Of a DNA stretch of 64,000 nt, positions 1-8,397 are shown in pieces. The notes under the pieces are model-generated. The model did not search any database and was not told where the DNA came from. It worked only from the letters and a program-made list of their open reading frames with translations. Position 1 is the first letter of the stretch. Every line of letters starts with the position of its first letter. The stretch lies in the sequence record ON529855.1. The stretch is one strand, 5' to 3'. A program made the translations under genes and the position numbers.

Positions 1-27
1 CGGGCAGCAGAGGCAGATCGGACTGGC

Positions 28-627
28 TCACAGGGTCACCGGGGTCTTGATGATGCGCAGACCGTGCGCGGCGGCGTAGGCGCGGTAGCGGTCGGTCTTT
101 GTGGTGTATCGCCCGAACGCCCGGTCATAGTTCATCTGCTGGATCACCACCGCATGACGTCTGATCTGGAACGACCACCGTTTCGTCAGCGCCAGCTTTT
201 CGTTGAGCGTCAACCGCGACAAATCCACGTCCGGCTCGAAGCTGAGCGCGTATTGCGTGGCGTGCACGGCGGCCGTGTAGGGATCGGCGCTGAAGCAGAC
301 GACGTCGCGCCCCTTCAGGGTCACGTAGATCGTGCGCGCGCCGTCCTGGAAGGTGAAGGTGTAGATCACCCCTGGCGCAGCCGTGCGCCGGATCAGGGTC
401 AGGCCTTCAGCGGTCTCACCCTTGCGCAGCTTGCTGCTCAGGCGCCGGATCGCCTTCAGACGGTCTTCACCGAACTGACGCGCGAAACCGTCGGACGGGT
501 CCTTGACCTCGTCTTCACGGATGATGCGCTCGGTGCCGCGCCGGGTGTATTTGTCCAGCACCACGGGCGCCTTCGGATCGGCGGCCGGCGTGCGCTTGGT
601 GTTCCATTGAACGGTGGCGACGGTCAC
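28..627 (-). CDS. hypothetical phage protein (199 aa)
   Basis: ORF with high-GC3 codon usage; 4-nt overlap with upstream ORF. Confidence 0.7.
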   Translation of the reverse strand: MTVATVQWNTKRTPAADPKAPVVLDKYTRRGTERIIREDEVKDPSDGFARQFGEDRLKAIRRLSSKLRKGETAEGLTLIRRTAAPGVIYTFTFQDGARTIYVTLKGRDVVCFSADPYTAAVHATQYALSFEPDVDLSRLTLNEKLALTKRWSFQIRRHAVVIQQMNYDRAFGRYTTKTDRYRAYAAAHGLRIIKTPVTL

Positions 628-1073
628 GACGGTTCAGGCCCTTTCGGCAGCATCGAGCCCAGGTCGATCAGGGCGTCTCGGGCTTCGACCCCTCGCGCCA
701 TTTCGGCCGTCAAGGCGGCGACCTCGCCCAACTGATGCTGGAGCGCGTTGATCTGTTCGTCACGGCGGCTGACCATGTTGAACAGGTCGATCACCGTGTC
801 GACCAGGTCGGGGTAGGATTCGTAGAGCAGGTCGTGTTCGGCGTCGTCCTGCCGGGCGTCGCCGTTCTCGATGACGTCGGCCAGCAGCAGGACCTTGACC
901 CAGTCGTCGCCCTTCATTTCCTGCACCTGCGTGCGGGCGTTCGGGCTCAGCCAGGGGCCGTCGCGCAGCAGGGCGCCGACCAGCAGGCTCTGCACCCGGT
1001 TGTCGCGCGCGCTCGCCGTCCACTCGCGACCGCCCATGGAGGGCTCGTGGCGCAGGTCGATGGTGTGATTCAT
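624..1073 (-). CDS. hypothetical protein (149 aa)
   Basis: ORF tightly packed in minus-strand run. Confidence 0.7.
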   Translation of the reverse strand: MNHTIDLRHEPSMGGREWTASARDNRVQSLLVGALLRDGPWLSPNARTQVQEMKGDDWVKVLLLADVIENGDARQDDAEHDLLYESYPDLVDTVIDLFNMVSRRDEQINALQHQLGEVAALTAEMARGVEARDALIDLGSMLPKGPEPS

Positions 1074-1074
1074 A

Positions 1075-1341
1075 TCAGTCTACTCCGTAGGCGCCGGGTT
1101 CGTGGATGTGCATCTCGCATCCATGCAGACCCACGATTCGCTGCGCCGCTTCAAGTGGCATGCCGGCGTTTTCCACACAATATCCCAGCAGACGCCCCAC
1201 CAGGTCCTGCAAATCGGTGATGTCGGCCGCCATCCGATCGAGCGTGTCGCTTCGGTCGTTCGGGTCTGGCGTCAGGGCGTCGTCCACCGCCATCACCTGG
1301 GGCGCACGGCCGGACCACTTGCGCGTGACGACGACCTTCAT
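1075..1341 (-). CDS. hypothetical protein (88 aa, MKVVVTRKW...)
   Basis: Start re-assigned to ATG 1341, overlapping the stop of the upstream ORF. Confidence 0.65.
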   Translation of the reverse strand: MKVVVTRKWSGRAPQVMAVDDALTPDPNDRSDTLDRMAADITDLQDLVGRLLGYCVENAGMPLEAAQRIVGLHGCEMHIHEPGAYGVD

Positions 1342-1634
1342 CGGGCGGCCCCCTCGGCGCGACGCAGCAGGGCGATGACCTCGTCCTGGGTGCGGGCCTC
1401 GTCGTTCAGCCAATCCGTCAGCGACCACACCTCCAGAATGTGCCCCAGAAACCAGACGGCTTCCTGGTAGAGGGCGGCGATGCTCTGTTCATCGGTCTGC
1501 ATGGGGTAGTGTCTCAGCGCCGCGCGATAGACGGCGGCGTGCAGGCTTAGCCCCGCGCCATCGGGGGCGAACCGGGGCGGCTTCCAGCCAGCCGCCGTGA
1601 GCATGTTGGCGGCCAGATCGTACAGGCTATGCAC
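1338..1634 (-). CDS. small phage protein, DUF6197-like
   Basis: C-terminal W-N-D...RT..EV..LL pattern typical of this phage family (recognised by eye). Confidence 0.55.
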   Translation of the reverse strand: MHSLYDLAANMLTAAGWKPPRFAPDGAGLSLHAAVYRAALRHYPMQTDEQSIAALYQEAVWFLGHILEVWSLTDWLNDEARTQDEVIALLRRAEGAAR

Positions 1635-2574
1635 AGGACGTTTCCTTCAAGCCCGTCAGCACCTCCGGCTCCAGGAACATGCCGCACGACGCCTTCACGT
1701 CCAGACCCACACGGGGCACGATGCGCGATTTCGGCGCGTCAAGGGCCGTCGCCAGCTTGGCGGTCAGGTAGGCCAGGTCGCGCTCGTCGGGCTCGACCCC
1801 CTGGGCGGGGCTGTAGGGATTGTAGCGCACGCAGTTGAAACGGGTCTTGAGTCCGCGATCCTTCGCCGCCTGGATGATCTCGTCGACGGTGTCTTCGTCG
1901 TCGTTCTGGCCCTTGATGAAGGACCAATGCAGGACGATTTCGCCGGGCTCGCGACCGTAATCCGGGGCTGTGCGTTGGAACTCCGCCAGCATGTCCAGGG
2001 CCGTATTCGGGTCCATCGCCTTGGGCAGCCAGCGCTTCCGGAACGCGGGGCGCATCGAATAGAGGCTATAGTAGATGTTGAGGCCAGGATGCGACGGCCC
2101 CAGCACATCTACCAGCGAGCGCCCCTCCAGATCGCGGGGCATGATGGTGCTGTAGTTCAACTGCGCGCGCGGCACGCCGGCGAACAACGCCTCCTCGCGC
2201 AGCGCCTTGAACAGCGCCGGATGCCCGCCGTTGAGGATGTCAGGGTTGGCGAAGGGCTCGCCCCGCGCCATGAAGTTGAAGTTGACGAACTGGGGCTCGT
2301 CGTCGACCGCTCGCTCGGCCTTGTAGCGCGTCAGCACCTGCCGCGCCTGGTCCAGGTAGTCCCCATGGCGCGCGGGCGTCATCATGGTCTGACCGGTCTG
2401 GGTCAGGTGACACATCCGGCAGGCCTTGTCACAGCCGGAATGGCTGGACAGGTAAACGATGAAGTAGGCGTCGACGCGGCGCACGAAGCGGCACTCGAAG
2501 GCGCCCCCGTCCTCGGTTTTGAGGACGTGGTTGACCGAGGCGTCCTGGGTCGAGACGAGAGTCTTGTAGGTCAC
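1627..2574 (-). CDS. RlmN/Cfr-like radical SAM RNA methyltransferase (atypical)
   Basis: CDKACRMC (CxxxCxxC), MARGEP (MGMGEP-like), C-terminal [11 protein letters not shown] (GxDIxAACGQL-like). Confidence 0.85.
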   Translation of the reverse strand: MTYKTLVSTQDASVNHVLKTEDGGAFECRFVRRVDAYFIVYLSSHSGCDKACRMCHLTQTGQTMMTPARHGDYLDQARQVLTRYKAERAVDDEPQFVNFNFMARGEPFANPDILNGGHPALFKALREEALFAGVPRAQLNYSTIMPRDLEGRSLVDVLGPSHPGLNIYYSLYSMRPAFRKRWLPKAMDPNTALDMLAEFQRTAPDYGREPGEIVLHWSFIKGQNDDEDTVDEIIQAAKDRGLKTRFNCVRYNPYSPAQGVEPDERDLAYLTAKLATALDAPKSRIVPRVGLDVKASCGMFLEPEVLTGLKETSCA

Positions 2575-2900
2575 GTCTGGCCCATCCGATCCACGCCGGT
2601 CACGCGATACGCCTGGGCCACGATCCGCGAGCCCTTCGGCGGGGTCGCGGGGGCGGAGGCCGTCAGACTGCTACGGTTCAAGGCGTCAATGAAGGCCTCG
2701 ACCTCCGTCGCCGGCACCTCCACCAGGACTTCGCGCATCTCCTGGAAGCGCAGCTTCACGGTCGGGATGTTGCTGTTGGGGCAGACCTGTTGCAGGCGCG
2801 TATCGCCGGCGGCGTCCGTCCCGCGACAGTGGATGCAGATTTCGTCGTACAGGGACGAATCCGAGAAGCGGGTCTCGTGCCCCAGGCTCTCAAACGACAT
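2571..2900 (-). CDS. hypothetical protein (109 aa; CIHC...C motif)
   Basis: ORF overlapping neighbours. Confidence 0.65.
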   Translation of the reverse strand: MSFESLGHETRFSDSSLYDEICIHCRGTDAAGDTRLQQVCPNSNIPTVKLRFQEMREVLVEVPATEVEAFIDALNRSSLTASAPATPPKGSRIVAQAYRVTGVDRMGQT

Positions 2901-3108
2901 TACGGGTCTCCGTCAGGGCCGTCCACTTGGCGGACAGCAGCGCGCCCTGGGCGGGCGACGCCTCGATGCAGTCGGCAAAGGCGCCTTCACCCACAATGCA
3001 GCCGATTTCGCGGGCGTAGGCGGCGAAAGCGGACATGATCGACTGGGCGGCGATCTCCTGGGCGAGCAGGGCGTTCAGGTCGACCGTCCGGATGGTCCCC
3101 TTGGTCAT
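2890..3108 (-). CDS. hypothetical protein (72 aa)
   Basis: ORF overlapping neighbours. Confidence 0.65.
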   Translation of the reverse strand: MTKGTIRTVDLNALLAQEIAAQSIMSAFAAYAREIGCIVGEGAFADCIEASPAQGALLSAKWTALTETRNVV

Positions 3109-3467
3109 GCGCGTGCGATCCGGTTCAGCATCCGCTGCTTGTCCCAGCGACCGACGTTGTAATAGACGCGGACAGGCGCGCCTTCATATTGCCAGCGGGG
3201 CGGGCGCGAAGACGTGGTGCGGCGATCGGATTCGCCGAGGTAGACGACCTCGACCGCCCACTCCTCGGCGCACCACTTCGTCTTGGACTTGCCGTTGGCA
3301 TCGGTGGTGGTGCCGCAGGTCCGGCGGGGACGGTGGTCGATGTCGGTGATGCGGCCCTGGGCGACCTGGGTCGGCGTGCCCGCGTAGTTGCCGACCATAT
3401 AGCTGACGCCGCCGACCAGCAGGAGGACGATGGAGACGCCGATGGCGATGAGACCCTTGTCGGTCAT
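3105..3467 (-). CDS. membrane-anchored hypothetical protein (120 aa)
   Basis: N-terminal hydrophobic helix LIAIGVSIVLLLVGGVSYMV. Confidence 0.7.
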   Translation of the reverse strand: MTDKGLIAIGVSIVLLLVGGVSYMVGNYAGTPTQVAQGRITDIDHRPRRTCGTTTDANGKSKTKWCAEEWAVEVVYLGESDRRTTSSRPPRWQYEGAPVRVYYNVGRWDKQRMLNRIARA

Positions 3468-3468
3468 G

Positions 3469-3672
3469 TCAGGTTTCCTCTGGAAATTCGTTGTGCAGGC
3501 TGAGCGCCAGGCGGATCACCGCGTCTTTGGACATGGCGCGCAGTTCGGCGTAGGTCGGCGCCGCCTTGTCGAGCGCCCGACACATGGACTGGATGTTTTG
3601 CTCGGCCACGCTGCGGTTGCGCTTCGCGTAGTAGCGGTAGCTGACCGTGGCGACATAGGTGACGATCGCCAT
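3469..3672 (-). CDS. hypothetical protein (67 aa)
   Basis: TGATG stop/start coupling with upstream ORF. Confidence 0.65.
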   Translation of the reverse strand: MAIVTYVATVSYRYYAKRNRSVAEQNIQSMCRALDKAAPTYAELRAMSKDAVIRLALSLHNEFPEET

Positions 3673-3893
3673 CAGGGCAGTCCCTGGGCCACAATGACCG
3701 CGACAGCGTGGTCGACATCGCCGGTGAAGTCCACGCCGCGCTCGATCGCCAGGGCGATCAGTTCGTCGGCCTTCTGATCCACAGGGCCGCCTGCGGCGGG
3801 ATAGGTCCCGCCGTTCAGCGCCGTCACCAGGGCACGGTGGACCTTGAAGGCCCAGCCGCCGTCATCTGTGTCGCCGAGGGTCAGGAGCGACAT
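3672..3893 (-). CDS. hypothetical protein (73 aa)
   Basis: TGATG coupling. Confidence 0.65.
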   Translation of the reverse strand: MSLLTLGDTDDGGWAFKVHRALVTALNGGTYPAAGGPVDQKADELIALAIERGVDFTGDVDHAVAVIVAQGLP

Positions 3894-4483
3894 CAGTCCT
3901 TGATCCTCCGGGCGGCGTTCCAGGCGTCGACCACGCCATGAGCGAACTCTTCGGCCTGCGCCACTGTGTCGAAGGCGTCGGAGGCGACGCGCAAGACGGT
4001 CATCGACCGGGTGTCATTCAGGCGGATGGCCGTGCGGGACACGGGCACATAGAAGCGCCCGTCGTCACGCGCGACCTTGTCGCCGACCGCCAGCTTTTGA
4101 CCGGCAAATTCATCCACGCCAGGGTTGCAGTAGGTTTCCGCCGCCATCAGCAGTTCGGGGCCGGTCATGGCCGCGTCTTGGCGGACCATGCCCGCCGCGA
4201 TCAGGACGTTGCCCAGGGCCTGACCCAGCATCTTCAGGCGCGCCTCCGCCTGTTCCAGCGACCCGGCGTCCCGATAGGTCGTCCGGGCGTAGGGGTATAT
4301 CCGATCGAAGGCGGCGCGTTTGCCGCAAGCGGAGCAGATATGCTCGTACTTCGGCGGATCGCAGGTGTAGACCGTGTCGCCCACCTTCATGTCACCCTTA
4401 CCGCAGGTCTCGCAGCGGTAGCGGACGGTCGTCACAGTGTCGGGCACCTGGGCGGGCGCCGCTGCATCCTGATACTCGGCCAT
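3893..4483 (-). CDS. zinc-ribbon-containing hypothetical protein (196 aa)
   Basis: CETC...CSAC pair near N-terminus. Confidence 0.65.
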   Translation of the reverse strand: MAEYQDAAAPAQVPDTVTTVRYRCETCGKGDMKVGDTVYTCDPPKYEHICSACGKRAAFDRIYPYARTTYRDAGSLEQAEARLKMLGQALGNVLIAAGMVRQDAAMTGPELLMAAETYCNPGVDEFAGQKLAVGDKVARDDGRFYVPVSRTAIRLNDTRSMTVLRVASDAFDTVAQAEEFAHGVVDAWNAARRIKD

Positions 4484-5002
4484 CTATGTCTCCTGGCTCC
4501 ATCCCATGGCCTCGGCGGCCTTGATCCAACCAGCGTTTCGCAGCACCGGTCCCTGCGGGGTTTGCTTGCGACGCCGGGCCACCCAGACCTGAAGGCCCCA
4601 GGTCCCGTGCGCCTTGTGGATGGCGGCGATCTCGCCCCACTGGTCCGGAGACACCTCTTCGCAATCGGCCACGGCCCAGTGAAAGAGGTCGTTGCACAGG
4701 ACGGCGACAGCAGGCCAGTTTCGGGCGCCGGAGGTCTCAACGAGCCGTCCGTCACGGCTCTCGAAGGACGGCGGCGTCTCCCAGTGCGTGCACCAGAAGA
4801 TCGCGTCGTCCAGGAACATCCGCCGCAAGACCGGGGGCGTCGCGTCTTCGAGCGCCATGACCAGGGATTCAAGCGTGGCGGCGGCGCCCTTGCGTTGTTC
4901 GGGTGTCAGCGGCGCGTCGCTGCGCAGCAGCCGATAAGAAACGGCCGCTTCACGCGTCTCGGGCGTGTCGATGGTCCAGTAGTCGGGGAGAGGCTCGGTC
5001 AC
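4484..5002 (-). CDS. hypothetical protein (172 aa)
   Basis: ORF abutting neighbours. Confidence 0.7.
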   Translation of the reverse strand: MTEPLPDYWTIDTPETREAAVSYRLLRSDAPLTPEQRKGAAATLESLVMALEDATPPVLRRMFLDDAIFWCTHWETPPSFESRDGRLVETSGARNWPAVAVLCNDLFHWAVADCEEVSPDQWGEIAAIHKAHGTWGLQVWVARRRKQTPQGPVLRNAGWIKAAEAMGWSQET

Positions 5003-5193
5003 CGGCGCTTCTTGCTCCAGTTGAAGACGTAGGACAGGCCCGTGCCCAGCCAGGAGAAGGTGGTGCGCACGCCGCGCCGCCCGACGTTGGTGGTGAAGCC
5101 GCGCGGACCGATCGAGGTCGACACGCCCGTCTTGGACAGGTTGAACTTCAGGCCCGGCAGGATGCTGAACGACTTACGAAAACGGAAACCCAT
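4999..5193 (-). CDS. DUF4236 domain protein (64 aa)
   Basis: MGFRFRKSFSILPGLKFNLSKTGVSTSIG...GTGLSY is the characteristic DUF4236 sequence. Confidence 0.8.
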   Translation of the reverse strand: MGFRFRKSFSILPGLKFNLSKTGVSTSIGPRGFTTNVGRRGVRTTFSWLGTGLSYVFNWSKKRR

Positions 5194-5195
5194 GG

Positions 5196-6008
5196 TTATG
5201 CCTCTTGGAGAATGTCGGCCGCCTCCAGGCGGCCCTTGAGATAGGCGCGGGCCACGACCTGGGAGCCGAACCCGATCGGATCGCCCAGCGGCATGTAGAC
5301 GACCTCGTCGTCGCCATCCCACTTGCCCCGGATCAGGCCGACATCCGGGTCCACCAGGCCGTCGGTGCGGAACAGGCGATCCCCGTAGACCAGCCAGTTG
5401 CGCACATAGGCGATCTGGTCCGGCGCATCGGCGCGATAGCCGCCCCAGGCGACGTCGATGGTCTTGCAGCGGACCTCGCCGCGCGCCACCGTCTTGGACT
5501 TCTGGCGGCGGTTGTTCTTGGCCCGGCGACGTTCATGGCGGTTGACGTCACGCGCCGGCCCAGCCGCCAGGTCGCCCGGCAGCTTGTCGGACTTGAAGCG
5601 GTTACAGGGGCTGCACATGGTCTGGTAGTTGAAATCCGCGTCCGGCCCGCCTTTCGAGCGCGGCTGGATGTGGTCCTTGGTCATCAGCACCAGCTTGCCT
5701 CCAGCGTCGAGCGCATAGAGGTTGAAGTGCCACTTGTTGGTGGTCGCCTCCCACTGGCCGGTCGACTTGCGCAGAACCGCCGAGCGCTCCTTGGCGAACC
5801 AGAGGCCGACAATCCCGCAAGAGACGCAGATCGAGGACTTCTGGAACAGGCGGTAGCGCGCCGACGTCATGTCGATCACGTCATCGTCGAAGACGTGCGT
5901 GCCCTTGTCCAGGTGCTGGAAGACTTCCTCGCAGGTGTAGAACCCCCGCCGCTCGTAGCCCGGCACAAAGCCGTGCGACCGCACCCCTTTAGGCCCGTTG
6001 GTGGTCAC
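5196..6008 (-). CDS. HNH endonuclease
   Basis: TKDHIQPRSKGGPDADFNYQTMCSPCNRFK HNH motif; upstream CVSC. Confidence 0.85.
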   Translation of the reverse strand: MTTNGPKGVRSHGFVPGYERRGFYTCEEVFQHLDKGTHVFDDDVIDMTSARYRLFQKSSICVSCGIVGLWFAKERSAVLRKSTGQWEATTNKWHFNLYALDAGGKLVLMTKDHIQPRSKGGPDADFNYQTMCSPCNRFKSDKLPGDLAAGPARDVNRHERRRAKNNRRQKSKTVARGEVRCKTIDVAWGGYRADAPDQIAYVRNWLVYGDRLFRTDGLVDPDVGLIRGKWDGDDEVVYMPLGDPIGFGSQVVARAYLKGRLEAADILQEA

Positions 6009-6697
6009 TGCTCACCCGTATAGAGGTAGCCCTTGCCGACGCGCTGGAAGCTGTCCGGCGGGCCGCCGGCGGCGCCGATGGCCTCCAGGGCGGCGATGCT
6101 TTCGGCGGACGACCGGTGGAAGACGCCGATGCCGCCCGCCTCCGCCCACGCCAGGACGTTGGCGATCCGATCGTCGACCAGGATTTGGTGGACGCCGTGC
6201 AGGCGGTGCATGAACTCGAATTTCCGCGCCGAGGTGGTGCAGATGAAGTTCTCGTCCGGGATGGCGATCCGTGCCTTCACCGTAGCGAAGACCATGGCGT
6301 CGCTGTATTCTTCCTGGACCACCGCCGGCAACAGCACGGTCTCGACCCAGACGCGCTTCTGGTAGGCCGCGCCCAGCCAGAAGGGGTTGAGATAGTAGTC
6401 GTCTTCCGTGGCGCCGAACTTGGGCGCCGCCGTCACGATGACCGGCAGCCGGGCGGAGGCCGCCATCAGACGCGCCGCCGCACGGTAGAGCGCCACGGCG
6501 CCCTCCTGAAGCGGCAGGTTGCGATAGAACTCGGTGCCCTTGATGCGCTCGTACATCTCGCGCTTGAGCGGATGGGAGGTGCCGGACCGGTTCAGGTCGC
6601 GGCCCAGGGCGGGGTCGACGTCGTAGCCGAGCGCGGCCATGCCGGCGGCGTAGTCGGCCTCGACGCCGTCCAGGTCCAGAGAGACGACAAAATCCAT
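6005..6697 (-). CDS. HAD-superfamily 5'(3')-nucleotidase-like phosphatase
   Basis: N-terminal DLDGV (DxDGV) motif and LVDDRIANV...GG motif; start re-assigned to ATG 6697. Confidence 0.8.
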   Translation of the reverse strand: MDFVVSLDLDGVEADYAAGMAALGYDVDPALGRDLNRSGTSHPLKREMYERIKGTEFYRNLPLQEGAVALYRAAARLMAASARLPVIVTAAPKFGATEDDYYLNPFWLGAAYQKRVWVETVLLPAVVQEEYSDAMVFATVKARIAIPDENFICTTSARKFEFMHRLHGVHQILVDDRIANVLAWAEAGGIGVFHRSSAESIAALEAIGAAGGPPDSFQRVGKGYLYTGEQ

Positions 6698-6924
6698 TAC
6701 ACGCCTACCTTCCACACACGGCGCGCCACGACGACGCCGACGCCCATGCCGACGAGGGTCAGCACCGCAAGAAATCCGCCACGCAGGGCGTGCTCCGCCT
6801 GACCCTCGCCGTATCCGGCGAGACGTTTGATCCAGTAGGCGGAGCCGCCCATCATCACGATGGAGACGTACACGCCGACCAGGACCGACGACCACAGGCG
6901 CAACGCCTTCACTCCGGCGCTCAT
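6697..6924 (-). CDS. small two-TM membrane protein (75 aa)
   Basis: Two hydrophobic segments; ATGA overlap at 6921-6924. Confidence 0.65.
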   Translation of the reverse strand: MSAGVKALRLWSSVLVGVYVSIVMMGGSAYWIKRLAGYGEGQAEHALRGGFLAVLTLVGMGVGVVVARRVWKVGV

Positions 6925-7295
6925 GAGTGAATCTCGTCGCGCCCGTCCAGCGCGTCGTCGCGCTGGCACAGGTCGACCAGGCGGTGGACCGAGAGATGGC
7001 GATCGTAGATGGCGCAGCCGTCGAACTTGAACAGTTCCGACGCTTCATGCATCAGGGCGCGCTGCACCGCCGCCCAGAGCGTCTGGACGATCTCGGTATC
7101 GGTCATCCACTGCGACAGCTTCCACTTGCGGCCCTTCCATTCAATGGGCAGGCCGGTGGAGGTGTCGACGCCGTCAGGGCAGATGATCTGGCACCAGGGC
7201 TCGTCGATCGAGCCCGAGACCTTGAACGTGAAGCCGGGATAGCGGCATCGCGCCACCACCGCCTCCAGTTCGGCGAAGGTTTTCGGATCGAACAT
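6921..7295 (-). CDS. hypothetical protein (124 aa)
   Basis: ORF; GRKW...S...T..E.VQT...A....MHEA.E.F pattern seen in phage proteins. Confidence 0.7.
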   Translation of the reverse strand: MFDPKTFAELEAVVARCRYPGFTFKVSGSIDEPWCQIICPDGVDTSTGLPIEWKGRKWKLSQWMTDTEIVQTLWAAVQRALMHEASELFKFDGCAIYDRHLSVHRLVDLCQRDDALDGRDEIHS

Positions 7296-7825
7296 CAGGC
7301 GGGCGGCCGGGCTTTCGCCCGCGCCTCCAGCGCTGCCATGAGGCGGCTGTTGTCGTAGCGGACCTGACCCGGCAGGGCGGCCTTCAGCGCCTTCACATCC
7401 TTGATGTGACGGGTGAACATCACCACCGGCGGCACGTCATCCGCCAGGGACTCGCCGGTGTAATGGTACATCTCGGCTTCGATCACCAGGACGTCGCCGT
7501 CAAAGACCTTGACGCGAGGACCGGTCAGTCCGGCCTTGTAGCCATTGTGGGAATCCCAGGCCTGACCCAGTTCCCCTTCGAAACGGGGGTCCTTGAGGTC
7601 GACGCGCACGTCGATAGGCCAGGTCTCCTGACCAATGACGTGACCGTCAGCCTGGACCTGCTTGATCCAATCCACGGCGAGCGAGGCGTGCTCATGGCGG
7701 AAGGCCTCCTGCGTGAAGGTCACGGCGCGCAGCGTCGGTGGCGTCACGGCAGCCAGGGCGGCGGCGGGTAGGGCGCTCAGCGCCGCAGCGGCGCCGGCGG
7801 ATTTGAACAGGGTGCGGCGGTTCAT
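7295..7825 (-). CDS. twin-arginine (Tat) signal-containing exported protein (176 aa)
   Basis: MNRRTLFKSAGAAAALSALPAAALA: RR-x-hydrophobic-K, hydrophobic core and AxA cleavage site; SD GAGGAG. Confidence 0.7.
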   Translation of the reverse strand: MNRRTLFKSAGAAAALSALPAAALAAVTPPTLRAVTFTQEAFRHEHASLAVDWIKQVQADGHVIGQETWPIDVRVDLKDPRFEGELGQAWDSHNGYKAGLTGPRVKVFDGDVLVIEAEMYHYTGESLADDVPPVVMFTRHIKDVKALKAALPGQVRYDNSRLMAALEARAKARPPA

Positions 7826-7835
7826 CAGGGACTCC

Positions 7836-8084
7836 TCAGTCGAGAGGGATGTCGTGATAGGCGAGCCAGTCCTGGAGTTCCCCGCGCGAAGAGAAGTCAT
7901 TGACCTCCAACTCGCCCGAGGCCCCCGACAGGGTGCAGCCCCAGTAGCCTTCATCGTCATCCTGTTCGAGGAATTGCGCCGTCACGTCGTCGTCTTCGGC
8001 CGCCTCCCCGAAGCGCTCGAACCAGATCAGACCGAGGTCGTCGCCGGGTTGCAGCACGGGGGCGTTGAAGAAGTCCTGACGCAA
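7836..8084 (-). CDS. acidic hypothetical protein (82 aa, TTG start)
   Basis: GAGGA 6 nt upstream of TTG. Confidence 0.65.
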   Translation of the reverse strand: MRQDFFNAPVLQPGDDLGLIWFERFGEAAEDDDVTAQFLEQDDDEGYWGCTLSGASGELEVNDFSSRGELQDWLAYHDIPLD

Positions 8085-8104
8085 GACGCATCCTCAGAGA
8101 AAGT

Positions 8105-8351
8105 AGAGTGGGAGCGAGGGCGGACGACGCATGAGCACAGGGCAAAAAGCACAGGGCAAAAAGCATCCCAGCAAACGTGTCACAAACCCCGAGCAATAGA
8201 GCAGCGCCATTGTTTCAGGCGGCCCGAAGGCACGTTGTTTGATCGGGGGCAGCACGACACGATCCCATAAAAGGGTGGTGCGTATGTTTTCCGCATCTAG
8301 GCCCGAAGGCCTTGATGTTTTGGGCGCCGCCCGTATCCTCGCTCCCACCCC
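8105..8351 (-). ncRNA. candidate novel structured RNA (~245 nt)
   Basis: 12-bp stem (8337-8348 with 8108-8119) stacked on a 10-bp stem with 2 G-U pairs (8324-8333 with 8121-8130); two cUUCGg hairpins (8294-8317, 8222-8231); 14-nt tandem repeat 8134-8165; lies in a 313-nt ORF-free gap in a genome where gaps are usually <20 nt. Confidence 0.7.
8134..8165. repeat. tandem repeat, 14-nt unit agcacagggcaaaa x2.3
   Basis: Exact copies at 8134-8147 and 8148-8161, plus partial copy 8162-8165. Confidence 0.9.
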
Positions 8352-8359
8352 TCGGTTCA

Positions 8360-8379
8360 GGCAGGCCCTAAGGCCCGCC
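8360..8379 (-). other. 8-bp GC-rich hairpin between 198-aa ORF stop and the candidate ncRNA
   Basis: GGCGGGCC-UUAG-GGCCUGCC on minus strand (one G-U pair). Confidence 0.6.
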
Positions 8380-8397
8380 GTCCCCAAGCGGGTGAAA

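Noticed and set aside
5196-6008. HNH genes (also 32626-33015) as intron-encoded or mobile homing elements
   Set aside because: They overlap flanking genes in normal operon fashion, with no interrupted host gene or intron structure visible.
8134-8165. CRISPR-like array
   Set aside because: Only 2.3 adjacent 14-nt copies with no spacers and no cas genes; no CRISPR array seen anywhere in the window.
8105-8351. Identification as Y RNA, tRNA, tmRNA or 6S RNA
   Set aside because: Terminal stem and pyrimidine tract are superficially Y-like and rtcB is in the window, but I see no Ro-binding bulged helix, T-arm, cloverleaf, CCA end or tag ORF, and no Ro60 gene here. Left unassigned.
8094-8387. 97-aa ORF spanning the candidate ncRNA
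   Set aside because: No SD, atypical codon usage and composition; base-pairing with strand-specific G-U pairs explains the sequence better. Not formally excluded without ribosome data.
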